Notes under the pieces: model-generated | Told to the model about the DNA's origin: nothing | Database searches by the model: none | Seen by the model: only the letters and a program-made list of their open reading frames with translations | Position numbers and translations under genes: made by a program | In this document: positions 1 to 9,908 of the stretch, piece by piece | Position numbering within the stretch: the stretch's first letter is position 1 | Layout of the letters: each line of letters starts with the position of its first letter | DNA from: an uncultured delta proteobacterium | GTDB taxonomy: Bacteria; Desulfobacterota; Binatia; UBA9968 | Assembly (NCBI GenBank): GCA_963728565.1 | Contig: CAVSLC010000023.1 | Coordinates: forward strand, 256,001 to 320,000 | Direction of reading: 5' to 3' | Length of the DNA stretch: 64,000 nucleotides

Positions 1-282
1 GATATCCACGCCCAACTGTTTCCACGGCAAACGCGACGGATCCCTCTGGTTGAGAACGCTGATTTCTCGCCCGTCAACAGTCATGGTGCCGTCGCTCGAT
101 TCAACTGTTCCCGGATAGATTCCGTAGGTAGAGTCGTAGCGGAACAAATGGGCGTTGGTTTTTAAGTCCGCCATGTCGTTGATGGCGATCACGGCGAGAT
201 CTTTCTTGTAGCGTGCCTGTAGAGTGCGTAATACGAGACGGCCGATTCGGCCAAATCCGTTAATTGCGAGACTAGTCGTCAT
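1..282 (-). CDS. gap: Glyceraldehyde-3-phosphate dehydrogenase type I, N-terminal part (runs off window)
   Basis: Manual translation of the minus strand gives MTTSLAINGFGRIGRLVLR...AINDMADLKTNAHLFRYDSTYG, the GAPDH N-terminal signature. Not in the ORF track. Confidence 0.95.
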   Translation of the reverse strand, partial: MTTSLAINGFGRIGRLVLRTLQARYKKDLAVIAINDMADLKTNAHLFRYDSTYGIYPGTVESSDGTMTVDGREISVLNQRDPSRLPWKQLGVDI

Positions 283-461
283 GGGAGATCCTCTCAGCTG
301 CCGAGGGTTAGATCGGTTGTCAAATATCCAAAGCGATCGCCAGAGGTCGACCGACCGCCCTCGCTTGCGCCTGGCGTAGCTTGTCTCGGCATAAATCCTC
401 TCTTGCCTGAACCCCCAAACGCTATCGGACCATTCAGGATTTACTGACGCGGATTTGCATG

Positions 462-478
462 AGCGATTTTCGTGCCGC
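462..478 (-). promoter_or_regulatory. Putative sigma54 (-24/-12) promoter for gap
   Basis: Minus strand reads CGGCACGAAAATCGCT (GG-N10-GC), about 180 nt upstream of gap. Confidence 0.55.
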
Positions 479-628
479 TCAGTGAGCTCTGGTTTTCATC
501 TCCAACGAAAGCGGTGCCTGGTGTAATTCCTTTCGCATGCCTGCGAAGCTGGCAGATTTATATTCGCAAAACTAGGAAGACCAGGTTTCATCTTTCTTAT
601 AGCGGTAAGTTTTTGAGTTTTTCCCGGC

Positions 629-644
629 TGGCATCTGCTTTGCG
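629..644 (+). promoter_or_regulatory. Putative sigma54 promoter for the DoxX operon
   Basis: TGGCATCTGCTTTGCG (GG-N10-GC), about 50 nt upstream of ATG 693. Confidence 0.7.
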
Positions 645-692
645 CAAGTGTCAGTTCGGTAAAAGTGAAATTGACAAAGAGGGGAGAAAGTT

Positions 693-1256
693 ATGAGCAC
701 CAGAGTTAGTATTGAGGAGCCGCCGATAGCGCGGATGCTGTTCAGCGATACGCGGTTCGGCTGGTTGTGGTTACCGCTGCGCTTGTACCTCGGCTACATG
801 TGGTTTGAAGCAGGCTGGCATAAATTCGTCGATCCGAAATGGATGGGTAGCGGCGAAGCGTTGCTTGAGTATTGGAAGCGCGGTCTCAAGATGGCGCCCA
901 AGCCGACAATTTCTTACGATTGGTATCGCGGCTTCATAGAATACCTGGTCAATGCTGAAGCGCACACCTGGTTTTCGAAGATCATCATTTTTGGAGAGCT
1001 GGCAGTAGCCGCGGCATTGATTCTGGGCGCATTCGTCGGGATAGCGGCATTTTTCGGCGGTCTCATGAATTGGAGCTTCATCATGGCCGGATCCGCATCT
1101 ACCAATGGCATGCTGTTCGCCATTGCCACTTGGTTGGTGCTCGCATGGCGTAACGCGGGCTGGATCGGCCTCGATCGGTGGCTCTTGCCGGCGGTTGGGA
1201 CGCCTTGGAAACCCGGCCGTCTGCTCGGCAGGCATCGACCAGTGAAGGTGACGTGA
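693..1256 (+). CDS. DoxX family membrane protein (DoxD/TQO-like)
   Basis: LRLYLGYMWFEAGWHK, WYRGF, GELAVAAALILG, MNWSFIMAGSASTN and AGWIGLDRW motifs; multiple TM helices. Confidence 0.85.
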   Translation: MSTRVSIEEPPIARMLFSDTRFGWLWLPLRLYLGYMWFEAGWHKFVDPKWMGSGEALLEYWKRGLKMAPKPTISYDWYRGFIEYLVNAEAHTWFSKIIIFGELAVAAALILGAFVGIAAFFGGLMNWSFIMAGSASTNGMLFAIATWLVLAWRNAGWIGLDRWLLPAVGTPWKPGRLLGRHRPVKVT

Positions 1257-1325
1257 GGATCAATAATTCCTGCGGGTGGGGAGCGTTTTCCCCGCCTCAA
1301 CCGAGAGGATAAAAGGAGAAGAGCC

Positions 1326-1832
1326 ATGGAAGATTTCGCGGATGTAGACGCTATGTTCGGACTCACGGCCAGGCACGACGAGATTTCGCCGATCGAAAGA
1401 TTGCTCAACCAGTTTGAAGCGCACGAAGCCAAGGAAGATCGGGCCCTGGAGTTCTACAAAAAAACTATTGCACATATGCCGAGCCCGCTTACTCGATTCG
1501 TGATGCAACTAATCATCTCCGACGAAGAGAAACACCGGGCGCTGATTCACGCCATGGTTGCGACCCTAACAGGCAGTCTCAACTGGACCAAGCCGCCCGA
1601 CGGTCTCGAAGGCATCGGCGAGTTTTCGAGCTTGAACGGCAAGGTGCGCGAGGTTACCGATGAGCTTATCCGGCTGGAGAGAGAGGGAATTCGCGAAAAT
1701 CATAACCTCATCAAAGAAAGCAGCGGCTATTACCACGGCTTATTCAAAGTCTTGCTCGACAGCATGATCCGCGACTCGGAAAAGCACGTGGAGTTGCTGG
1801 AATTTCTCCGAGAGAATCTCAAAGAAGCATGA
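1326..1832 (+). CDS. Ferritin-like (rubrerythrin-type four-helix bundle) protein
   Basis: Two ExxH motifs (DEEKH, DSEKH) in a duplicated helical pattern; RBS aggag. Confidence 0.7.
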   Translation: MEDFADVDAMFGLTARHDEISPIERLLNQFEAHEAKEDRALEFYKKTIAHMPSPLTRFVMQLIISDEEKHRALIHAMVATLTGSLNWTKPPDGLEGIGEFSSLNGKVREVTDELIRLEREGIRENHNLIKESSGYYHGLFKVLLDSMIRDSEKHVELLEFLRENLKEA

Positions 1833-2067
1833 GTCGCTAGGCGAGTAACCGCCGAGGAGATCACAATGCTGATGCGCATGGACTGACTGCCTTTCGCGGC
1901 CTTCATGATCGGATCGCCGGCCAGCCACACGCCCAAAGATATCCAGAAAAGGTATTCACAATCGTCTTCCCGTTTACGGCCGGCGGTCCAAAGTGAGAGG
2001 GTGGCTCGGCTCATCGCTCAACCCTGACTGAAGTGCTCACATTCCACCATAAGCGTAAATTTATCGT

Positions 2068-3456
2068 TCATCTGCCGTCGCGGACTGCGAGCTGGCCTTT
2101 TCGTGAAGCGTCAATCGACTCTCCGAGAATTCTCGCGGCCTCCTGGGGCGCGTGAAAGCCACTGGAGTTTTCCGCCTCGACGAAGTCGAGATAGAACTGC
2201 GCCTTCCGCTGAAAGTTGCGCGCGGTATCGAGCTCGGCCTCGGCCTTACCGGCGGCTTTGGTTTTTTTCAAGTCATCGATCAAGGCGATGAGGGCGTCCA
2301 TTGCGAGATTGCGTAGGCGCAACGTCCTTTCTTGAATCGTCTCCACCCGCGCTTTCAATTCCTGCTCGGCAATTTTATGGCAGGTCTGGCAAGCGCGGTT
2401 GATGTTCAACAGCGGGCTACGCACATGATGGTCGCTGATCTTGAGCGCGCCTTCGCGCTTATAGGGCATGTGGCAGTCAGCGCAGGCTACACCGGAGCGC
2501 GCGTGAATCCCCTGGCTCCAAAGCTCGAATTCCGGGTGCTGCGCCTTGAGCACCGGCGCGCCGGTTTCGGCGTGCCTCCAATCCTGGAATTTCTCCTCGT
2601 CATAGTAGGCCAGGATCTCGTCGACTTTAATGCCTTTGGCCCAAGGATAGACGAGTCGCTTCTCGGCTCCCCTGAAGTAGTATTCGACATGGCATTGCGC
2701 GCAAACGTAGGAGCGCATCTCCTGGCGCGTCGCCTGCACGTTGACATCGTAATTCTTGACTCCCTGGCTCGTTTTGAAGCTGGCGATGCCTTCGATAAAA
2801 CCCGGCCGGGTGATTCTGAGCTGCATGGTGTCCGGAGCGTGGCAGTCGATGCAGGCGACGGGATGGTTGACGAGTTTGCGCGCATCTGAAAACGGCATCT
2901 GGTTCAGTTTTTCGAAGCCTTTGATCAAGTCGCCGCTGCCGGCTCTTTTATAGGGGAGATAGACCGACGCATGGCAGTGCAGGCATGTGCCGGGCTGCTT
3001 TACCGCGATCTGCCGCTCGGTATAGGTTTGATCGTCGAGCATGTATGCGTGGCCGCGCTCTTCTCTAAAATCTCGGGCAAACGCGTATCCGGCCCACATA
3101 ATTCTCAGCCGCGGGTCTTCTTCGAGCTTGGATTGCGCGACTACCGAGCGCGGATCGGTTTGGCTAGGGGTCTTCGGCAGCGCTTCACTGCCGCCAAACC
3201 GTGTGCGCACCTGGTCCACAGTGCGACGATAGTCGTCATACTGAAGCGGAAAGTTTTTCCCCCACATCGCCGGATCTTCAGTCTCGTCGTTGAGCTCGAC
3301 CACGCGGTAAAATGGGTTGCGCGCCTCCTGCTTGCGTTCCATGATGTTCACCAGCAGCGCAACCGCAAGTACCGCGATCGCCGCCGCGGCAACGGCCGTA
3401 CCGGCCACCAGCTTCGCACGACTCGGTTGACGGTTTTTCTCTTCGATTGAAGCCAT
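2068..3456 (-). CDS. nrfA: Pentaheme cytochrome c552 ammonia-forming nitrite reductase NrfA (CxxCH heme-1 variant)
   Basis: Five heme motifs (CLHCH, CIDCH, CAQCH, CADCH, CQTCH), plus WAGYAF, RGHAY, CHVEYYF, KAQHPEFE and AENSSGFHAP. Confidence 0.95.
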   Translation of the reverse strand: MASIEEKNRQPSRAKLVAGTAVAAAAIAVLAVALLVNIMERKQEARNPFYRVVELNDETEDPAMWGKNFPLQYDDYRRTVDQVRTRFGGSEALPKTPSQTDPRSVVAQSKLEEDPRLRIMWAGYAFARDFREERGHAYMLDDQTYTERQIAVKQPGTCLHCHASVYLPYKRAGSGDLIKGFEKLNQMPFSDARKLVNHPVACIDCHAPDTMQLRITRPGFIEGIASFKTSQGVKNYDVNVQATRQEMRSYVCAQCHVEYYFRGAEKRLVYPWAKGIKVDEILAYYDEEKFQDWRHAETGAPVLKAQHPEFELWSQGIHARSGVACADCHMPYKREGALKISDHHVRSPLLNINRACQTCHKIAEQELKARVETIQERTLRLRNLAMDALIALIDDLKKTKAAGKAEAELDTARNFQRKAQFYLDFVEAENSSGFHAPQEAARILGESIDASRKGQLAVRDGR

Positions 3457-3464
3457 GCCTGCTC

Positions 3465-3920
3465 CTATTGCGGATGCCCTACCGAACCGTGACAGCGGAT
3501 GCAGCTCATGCCGGCGCTTTCAGCATGGCCGCCGAGAATCGCCTCGCTGAGTTCCTGGTGACAACCACGGCATCGAGTCTCCGTGATTTGCCGGTTTCCC
3601 GGGGTAATGCCGATGGGCTCATGAAACCATCCGGTGGTGAACGCCCAAGAGTGGCGCGCGCCGTTCGCTGACTTGTTTAGATACTTGGCAATCGATCCGA
3701 CCGGCGTATGACAGTCGTTACATACCGCAACGGATCGATGGCTGGAGCGGATCCAGCCGTCGAACTGTTCCTGCATCACATGACAATTTGCACAGGCTTG
3801 GGGATTGTCGGTCAGGTAGGATGCGCCTTTGGCGTACACGAAGGTAAAACCGCCGATGCCAACCGCGAGCCCGACCGCGACACTTAGAAGCATCAGCAAA
3901 AGATTCTCTGATCGCATCAC
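3465..3920 (-). CDS. nrfH: Cytochrome c nitrite reductase small subunit NrfH (tetraheme NapC/NirT family)
   Basis: N-terminal TM helix, SYLTDNPQACANCHVM, four CxxCH motifs; directly upstream of nrfA. Confidence 0.93.
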   Translation of the reverse strand: MMRSENLLLMLLSVAVGLAVGIGGFTFVYAKGASYLTDNPQACANCHVMQEQFDGWIRSSHRSVAVCNDCHTPVGSIAKYLNKSANGARHSWAFTTGWFHEPIGITPGNRQITETRCRGCHQELSEAILGGHAESAGMSCIRCHGSVGHPQ

Positions 3921-3950
3921 GAACTGCGGCGCCCGCGAAACTAGCCGAGA

Positions 3951-4268
3951 CTATTGGAGATCGGCGATTTTTTTGATTCCATCGCCCCAATCTTCAACTT
4001 TAAAGTCCGAGAACGAAAGCACGATCGGCTCTTTTTCCTCGATCACGATCATCCGGTTATTATACTTCATTAGAAATGAAATCTTGAGCAATAACGAGTC
4101 GTCGCGAAATTCGAGAAGCGTGACCTTTTGCTCGAAATAGGAGTATTGCTTCTCACGCAATATCTCTTCTACTCGCTTACGTGTAAGTGTCTCTTTAGGA
4201 GCTAAAAAGCCGTCCATTTTCCCTCCCCATTCCTCGTCGCCGGCGTTCTTGAGTTGCGATCTCGACAT
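3951..4268 (-). CDS. Hypothetical protein
   Basis: ORF in the CBS-nrfH-nrfA run with GGAGG RBS before ATG 4268; no recognised motif. Confidence 0.55.
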   Translation of the reverse strand: MSRSQLKNAGDEEWGGKMDGFLAPKETLTRKRVEEILREKQYSYFEQKVTLLEFRDDSLLLKISFLMKYNNRMIVIEEKEPIVLSFSDFKVEDWGDGIKKIADLQ

Positions 4269-4284
4269 CCTTCCTCCAGCGAAT

Positions 4285-4716
4285 TCATGCCTGCTCATCT
4301 TCTAACCGGTCGAGTAAAAATCGCAGGACGTCAACATAGGTGACGATGCCCACGAGGCCTTCGCTTTCATCAACGACAGGAATGCCGCCGATCTTTTCTT
4401 CGATCAACAGTTCAACCGCTTCGCGGAGATCGTCCTCAGGCGACATTGTCAGCGGCTTGGCGGTCATTATGTCGGTGACATTGGCTTTGAGGGCTCTGGC
4501 CCGTTCCGCCGGCTTAAGCAGCGACGATTGAGCAAGGAAAGAGCGAATATCGCGATCCGTGACGATGCCAATGAGCTGTTTACTTTCGACGACGGGAAGC
4601 TGTCGATAGTGGTTCTCGTACATTAGCTCTTCCGCCTGGCCTACCGTATCCGAAGGACTCACTGTCAACGGATCCTTGGACATCACATCGAATATTTTCA
4701 TCGAGTTAGCTTTCAT
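4285..4716 (-). CDS. CBS domain pair protein
   Basis: Two CBS repeats (LPVVE..LIGIVTDRDI and IPVVD...LVGIVTYVDVL). Confidence 0.92.
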   Translation of the reverse strand: MKANSMKIFDVMSKDPLTVSPSDTVGQAEELMYENHYRQLPVVESKQLIGIVTDRDIRSFLAQSSLLKPAERARALKANVTDIMTAKPLTMSPEDDLREAVELLIEEKIGGIPVVDESEGLVGIVTYVDVLRFLLDRLEDEQA

Positions 4717-4745
4717 GATGATTCACCTCATCACGATCCGTAGAG

Positions 4746-4762
4746 AGCACAGGTTGTGCCAA
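4746..4762 (-). promoter_or_regulatory. Putative sigma54 promoter for CBS-hyp-nrfH-nrfA
   Basis: Minus strand TTGGCACAACCTGTGCT (GG-N10-GC), about 30 nt upstream of the CBS start. Confidence 0.7.
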
Positions 4763-4914
4763 GTACGTGGAAAAATGCTCCGTAAAGTCGTCCGAGGGGC
4801 GGCACCGAGGCGCCAAACTTTCGCTCCTTTGAGAAAATACTTGCGACAAATTCTATTCGATGCGAAAGCAAAAAACTCCAGATAAGGAATAGATACATTT
4901 TCCGATCTCACCGG

Positions 4915-4930
4915 CGGCATAGTTATTGCC
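4915..4930 (+). promoter_or_regulatory. Putative sigma54 promoter for the USP gene
   Basis: CGGCATAGTTATTGCC (GG-N10-GC), about 45 nt upstream of ATG 4973. Confidence 0.65.
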
Positions 4931-4972
4931 CCATTTTCTTCATAGCTCCCGAGTCGAGTTTCAGGAGGGCAT

Positions 4973-5434
4973 ATGGAATCACTAAAGAAAATTCTAGCGC
5001 CGACGGACCTGTCGGACCTTTCGTGCGCGGGCCTGCGTTATGCGCTGGAAATGGGGCGGTCATGCACGGCAGAGGTGATCGTCTATCACGTCATCGACTT
5101 AGGCGATCACTGGATCAAGCGCGAAGATTCCGGGCCAGTCCGGGAAATGCTTGAGCGCCATAGACGCATGCTGAACAAGTTTTTATGGGAGAAGTTCCGG
5201 GAAGAGATGATTCTAACCGAAGTCCGGCAGGTGGTTGAGTTCGGGGGCGCGTCCGACAATATCGTCGAAAAGGCCGAAAGCGAGCAGGTTGACAGGATCG
5301 TTATGTCAACCCACGGCCGAACCGGCATTGATCGCTTGCTGATGGGTAGCGTTGCCGAGAAAGTTATCGCCCGGGCCCCATGTCCGGTCCTGATCGTGCC
5401 GGTGCACAAGCGTAACATCGCAAGGGCTGCCTAA
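4973..5434 (+). CDS. Universal stress protein (UspA family)
   Basis: KKILAPTDLS...IVMSTHGRTG...LMGSVAEKVIARAPCPVLIV. Confidence 0.95.
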   Translation: MESLKKILAPTDLSDLSCAGLRYALEMGRSCTAEVIVYHVIDLGDHWIKREDSGPVREMLERHRRMLNKFLWEKFREEMILTEVRQVVEFGGASDNIVEKAESEQVDRIVMSTHGRTGIDRLLMGSVAEKVIARAPCPVLIVPVHKRNIARAA

Positions 5435-5445
5435 TTCGTCGCAAC

Positions 5446-6261
5446 TCATCGCGCGTGATGGCGGTAAACAAAAAAATAGACCAACGCTACCATCACGCCG
5501 CCGCCGAAAATATTCCCCAATGTGACGGGCACCAAGTTAGAGACTAAGGCGCCCCATGTTAGCAGGTCCGCATTTGCCACGTCAGATCGGTCCCGTAACA
5601 AAATCCCGAGCGGGATGAAATACATGTTGGCTACGCTATGCTCGAAGCCTGCGGCGACAAAGGCAGAAATCGGGAAAACGATAGCGAATATCTTATCGAC
5701 AACACTCCGGCCGGCGAGCGCCAGCCAAACGGCAAGACACACCAGGATGTTGCACAGTATTCCCTTGAAGAACGCCTCAGCAAAAGGAAGTGCCGCCTTG
5801 GCATAAGCTATCTTTACTGCGTTTTCCCCTACCGATCCTGCGCCGGCTTCCGGGTGATTCGACAGGTAGACGAGAACCGCCAGCCCCAACGCGCCGATGA
5901 AATTCGCGCAGTAGATAATCAGCCAGTTGCGCATCAACTCCCATGAGCTTATGCGCCGACTGGCCCAGGCCATGACCATAAAGTTATTGCCGGTGAAAAG
6001 TTCCGCGCCGGCGACCACGACCAGAATCAAACCGAGTGAAAAGGCTATACCGCCGAGGATTCGGCTAAGCGCAAACCCAAGGCTAGCGTCGGCGGTGATG
6101 AAGGTAAAGTAAAGCGCCCCGAATCCGATAAACCCGCCGGCGAGCACGCCAAGCGTTGCCTGTGAAAGCAGCGGCAGGCGCGCTTTGGTGACGCCGATGG
6201 TTTCGACCCGCTCGGCGATTTCCTTGGGCGCATAAGCGTCGAAACCGAAGATTTCACTCAT
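5446..6261 (-). CDS. Formate/nitrite transporter (FNT; FocA/NirC family)
   Basis: GAELFTGN, GILCNILVCLAVW, FVAAGFEHSVANM and VTLGNIFGG motifs. Confidence 0.95.
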   Translation of the reverse strand: MSEIFGFDAYAPKEIAERVETIGVTKARLPLLSQATLGVLAGGFIGFGALYFTFITADASLGFALSRILGGIAFSLGLILVVVAGAELFTGNNFMVMAWASRRISSWELMRNWLIIYCANFIGALGLAVLVYLSNHPEAGAGSVGENAVKIAYAKAALPFAEAFFKGILCNILVCLAVWLALAGRSVVDKIFAIVFPISAFVAAGFEHSVANMYFIPLGILLRDRSDVANADLLTWGALVSNLVPVTLGNIFGGGVMVALVYFFVYRHHAR

Positions 6262-6660
6262 GTCGAAATTCTTCCTCTGAGAGTCGCTGTAAACCGCACC
6301 GCGGGTATTTCATACCCGGCGTCAGTGTGGACTTGTCGCAATAGCTGTCGGCGACGTTGTTCGTCATACCTCCGGGATATCAAAGGTCGTGAAGATCCTC
6401 CGGGTCTGGCAATTGTATCGCGGCGCGCGGAATGTGTTCCCGAAAGGTCGTCATCTCGGTCCGGTCTGTTTTCGATTCAAAGCGTTCGACTAGTGGAAGG
6501 TAACCCAATCTGCCCAACGGCAAAAGAGATGCCCGTGCGAGCTTTGCGAGCTGCGAGCGCCATCCAGGGCACAACGGATTTCTCAATGGCGCGAAACGAA
6601 TGAGCCATGTTTAGCGATTCTGATAATCTTGGCCACCCCGCAGTACCGCTCTTCTGATAA

Positions 6661-6898
6661 CCCAAATTCCGACGTCGAATTAAAAATGCCGGAAGCGAGG
6701 TGGAATCCTGGAGCAGCGAAGGCGTCCGACTGTGAAGTTTAAGAGTTATTTTGCGCTCTCGAACGTCGTTGCGATGAGGCTTAAACATCCCTCAAATCAC
6801 CGCTGAGCGATCTCTGCTCAGAGGCAGAAACCCATTCGCCTTCGCTGCGGAAGGATTCTGCCTCGCGCTTCCTGTCAATCGCAATGCGGCATCCGGGT
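6661..6898 (+). ncRNA. ~240-nt dispersed structured element, copy 1 (candidate ncRNA/leader)
   Basis: Highly similar to 26093-26331. Nested complementary arms GAGGTGGAATCCT/AGGATTCTGCCTC and GCAGCGAAGGCG/CGCCTTCGCTGC, plus internal hairpin CTGAGC-gatctct-GCTCAG. The repeat is certain; RNA function is inferred. Confidence 0.55.
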
Positions 6899-6943
6899 CT
6901 TCTTCTTACAAACCGGCAAAAGTATCTGGTTTCGCAGGCCTGC

Positions 6944-6959
6944 TGGCATCAAAGCTGCG
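6944..6959 (+). promoter_or_regulatory. Putative sigma54 promoter for the zinc-ribbon/BCAM0308/ftsH operon
   Basis: TGGCATCAAAGCTGCG (GG-N10-GC), about 35 nt upstream of ATG 6994. Confidence 0.65.
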
Positions 6960-6993
6960 TTATTTGCCGGTGAAGGCTTTGGAGGTGAGAGAA

Positions 6994-7320
6994 ATGGCAG
7001 ACGAAAAGGATCGATTTGGCGATACCATGCGGCTTGTCGAACGGGCGAAAGAAGATATTTACTTCGCCGAGCAGGATCGACAGGTGCTGGAAAAACTTCG
7101 CAGTCAACTCCGTAAGGCCGACACTTCTGACGCGCCCCGGCGCTGTCCCAAGTGCCCCGGCAAGCTAGAGGCTTACACGTTCGAGGGTTATGCGCTCGAT
7201 CGCTGTCAGGAATGCGGTGGAGTATGGTTGGATCGGGGCGAGCTCGAGGCGATCGTCAAGAAGATTAGCCGCGGTCCGCTGGGCGCGTGGTTGGATACGC
7301 TAACGGAGAAAATCAAATAG
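6994..7320 (+). CDS. zf-TFIIB-like zinc-ribbon protein
   Basis: CPKC...LDRCQECGGVWLDRGEL; GGAGG RBS. Confidence 0.85.
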   Translation: MADEKDRFGDTMRLVERAKEDIYFAEQDRQVLEKLRSQLRKADTSDAPRRCPKCPGKLEAYTFEGYALDRCQECGGVWLDRGELEAIVKKISRGPLGAWLDTLTEKIK

Positions 7321-7334
7321 CGAGGAGCTTGGAA

Positions 7335-7853
7335 ATGAGATCAGCGCCGAAAAAATACAACACCTTATACAAGAAGGGTCACATCGAAAGGGATATGTAT
7401 CTGGCGCGGCTGGATCCGAAGGGTGTTATACAATGCAGCGGTTGTGGCGCTTTCCACCATCGACGTTATTGGACTCTGACGCCGCCCACGGGTCTTAGCA
7501 GCCAGATGCACAGTCATTCCGTCTTTTGTCCCGCGTGTCGGAAGATTCAGGATAATTTTCCCGGCGGTGAACTCACTTTGCGCGGCGTTGAAGCGGAAAA
7601 TCGTCAAGAGATTGCGCGGATCTTGCGCAACGAAGAGTCGCGGGCGCGGGAGAAAAATCCGCTTGAGCGGATCATGCGCATGGATGCAGCAAATGGCGGC
7701 TGGCGCATCGAGACGACGACCGAGAAGCTGGCGCAGCGGCTGGGACGCTCGATTAGGAAGGCAAGGGGTGGAAAGCTCGCTTACAAGTGGGGGCACAACA
7801 ATAAGTTTGTCCGTGTGGTGTGGGAAAAGAGCGGGATGGGTGGGGTTAAATAG
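7335..7853 (+). CDS. BCAM0308-family zinc-binding protein
   Basis: CSGCGA...CPACRKIQDNFPGGEL...EKNPLERIM...IETTTEKLAQRLGR...VRVVW. Confidence 0.75.
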   Translation: MRSAPKKYNTLYKKGHIERDMYLARLDPKGVIQCSGCGAFHHRRYWTLTPPTGLSSQMHSHSVFCPACRKIQDNFPGGELTLRGVEAENRQEIARILRNEESRAREKNPLERIMRMDAANGGWRIETTTEKLAQRLGRSIRKARGGKLAYKWGHNNKFVRVVWEKSGMGGVK

Positions 7854-7865
7854 GGCCGAGCATCC

Positions 7866-9789
7866 GTGGAGAAAAAAGCACAAGATTTGTCGATCGCGTA
7901 CATCATCGCGGTAATGGCGCTGATGTTTATCGCGCAGTATTTCTTGATTGCCAAGTCGGTGGAAACTCTTTCCTACAGCCAATTCAAAACTCTGCTCAAG
8001 AATAATCAGGTCAGCGATATCGTCATTCGCGAAAAGTACATTAACGGCTCGATCCAGCCCGAGGCGGTCAAAGACATTCTCGCGCCCCAACGAATCAACG
8101 AATTGGGCGAGCGCGCCAAAAAGCCGGTGCCGTTTGAGGTCGTCCGGGTCGAGGACCCTCGTTTGATGTTGGAGCTCGAAGAGGCGGGGACTCCTTTCAA
8201 AGGGGAGACCACAAGCGATTGGCTTTCAGTTGCCCTCTCCTGGCTCATGCCGATTGTCATCTTCTTTGTCTTGTGGAGCCTCCTATCCAACCGCATGGGC
8301 AGGGCCGGCGGCGGCTTGATGCAGATCGGCAAGAGCAAGGCGAAGGTATACATCGAAAAAACCACCGGTGTCACATTCGCCGACGTTGAAGGCATCGACG
8401 AAGCGGAAGAGGAGTTGATCGAAATCGTCGAATTCTTGAAGCACCCGGAGAAGTATCAGCGGCTCGGCGGTCACCTGCCGAAAGGAGTGCTGCTGGTGGG
8501 GCCGCCAGGCACGGGTAAGACGCTGCTAGCCCGGGCCGTGGCCGGCGAGGCCGGTGTGCCGTTCTTCAGCATCTCCGGCTCCGACTTTGTTGAAATGTTC
8601 GTCGGGGTCGGCGCCGCGCGTGTGCGAGATCTGTTCGCTCAAGCCGCAGCGAATGCGCCGAGCATCATTTTCATCGATGAGCTCGATGCGCTTGGAAAGG
8701 CGCGCGGCATCAGTATGCTGAGCAGCCACGACGAACGCGAGCAGACGCTCAACCAGCTGCTCGCGGAGATGGATGGCTTCGATCCCAACAGAAATGTGAT
8801 CATGATGGCTGCAACCAATCGACCGGAAATTCTCGATCCTGCGCTGTTGCGCCCCGGGCGATTTGATCGACAGGTGCTGGTAGATCGGCCGGATGTGAAG
8901 GGCCGTGAGAAAATTCTGCTGCTTCACGCTAAGAAGATCAAACTGGCGCCCTCAGTGGACCTCGCGTTGATCGCGGCAAAGACCCCAGGGTTCGTTGGCG
9001 CCGATTTGGCGAATATCGTTAACGAAGCGGCGTTGTTGGCTGCGCGGCAGAGCAAGGATGCCGTGGAAGACAACCGATTTCGACGAAGCCATCGAGCGGG
9101 TGGTTGCCGGCCTGCAGAAAAAAAGCCGGGTCATGAGCCCGAAGGAAAAGAAAACCATAGCCTATCATGAGTCCGGTCATGCCTTGATCGCGGAGCTGGT
9201 TCCTGGGGCCGATCCGGTCTCCAAAATATCCATCATCCCACGCGGCATCGCCGCGTTGGGTTATACGCAGCAAACACCGACCGAAGACCGCTATTTGATG
9301 ACTCGGTCGGAACTCCTGGCGCGCATTCATGTGCTGCTCGGCGGGCGCGTTGCCGAAGAAATGGTTTTCAACGATGTCTCGACCGGAGCCCAGAACGATT
9401 TGCAGCGGGCAACGGAAATCGCCCGGACGATGGTTACGCAGTTCGGCATGAGCGATAAATTGGGGTTAGTCTCGCTCGAGGGACCGCGGACGCCGCTATT
9501 TCTCCCTGTGCCGGTTCAGAGCGCAAAAGACTACAGCGATGACACGGCGAGGGTGATCGATGCCGAAGTCAAGGAGATCCTTACGGACACCCACCACAAA
9601 GTGCAAGAGATTTTGGCGGCGCACCGCGCGGCTCTCGAAGAGCTTGCCCAATTGCTGTTGAAAAAAGAGGTAGTCGAAAGGCCGGCGCTGCAGGCGATTC
9701 TGAAGGTCATCAGCATCGATCAGGCGAGGGAAAGAAAGAAATCGGGTGATTTGACTAAGGATGAAAATTCCAAATTAAATACCAAATAG
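7866..9789 (+). CDS. ftsH: ATP-dependent zinc metalloprotease FtsH, +1 frameshift near 9070
   Basis: Two TM helices, [16 protein letters not shown] and PGRFDR in frame 1; DFDEAIER and HESGH protease domain continue in the next frame (ORF 8995-9789). Confidence 0.93.
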
Positions 9790-9908
9790 CGCACCATTTA
9801 GTTCTGCGCGGTGTTGCGCGCTCATGTTTTATTTGCGCGGCCGACACAATCCCAGAAGTACAGAATGATATGCCGTTACTCTGAGAAGACCCCAAAGGAG
9901 CAAAGATC

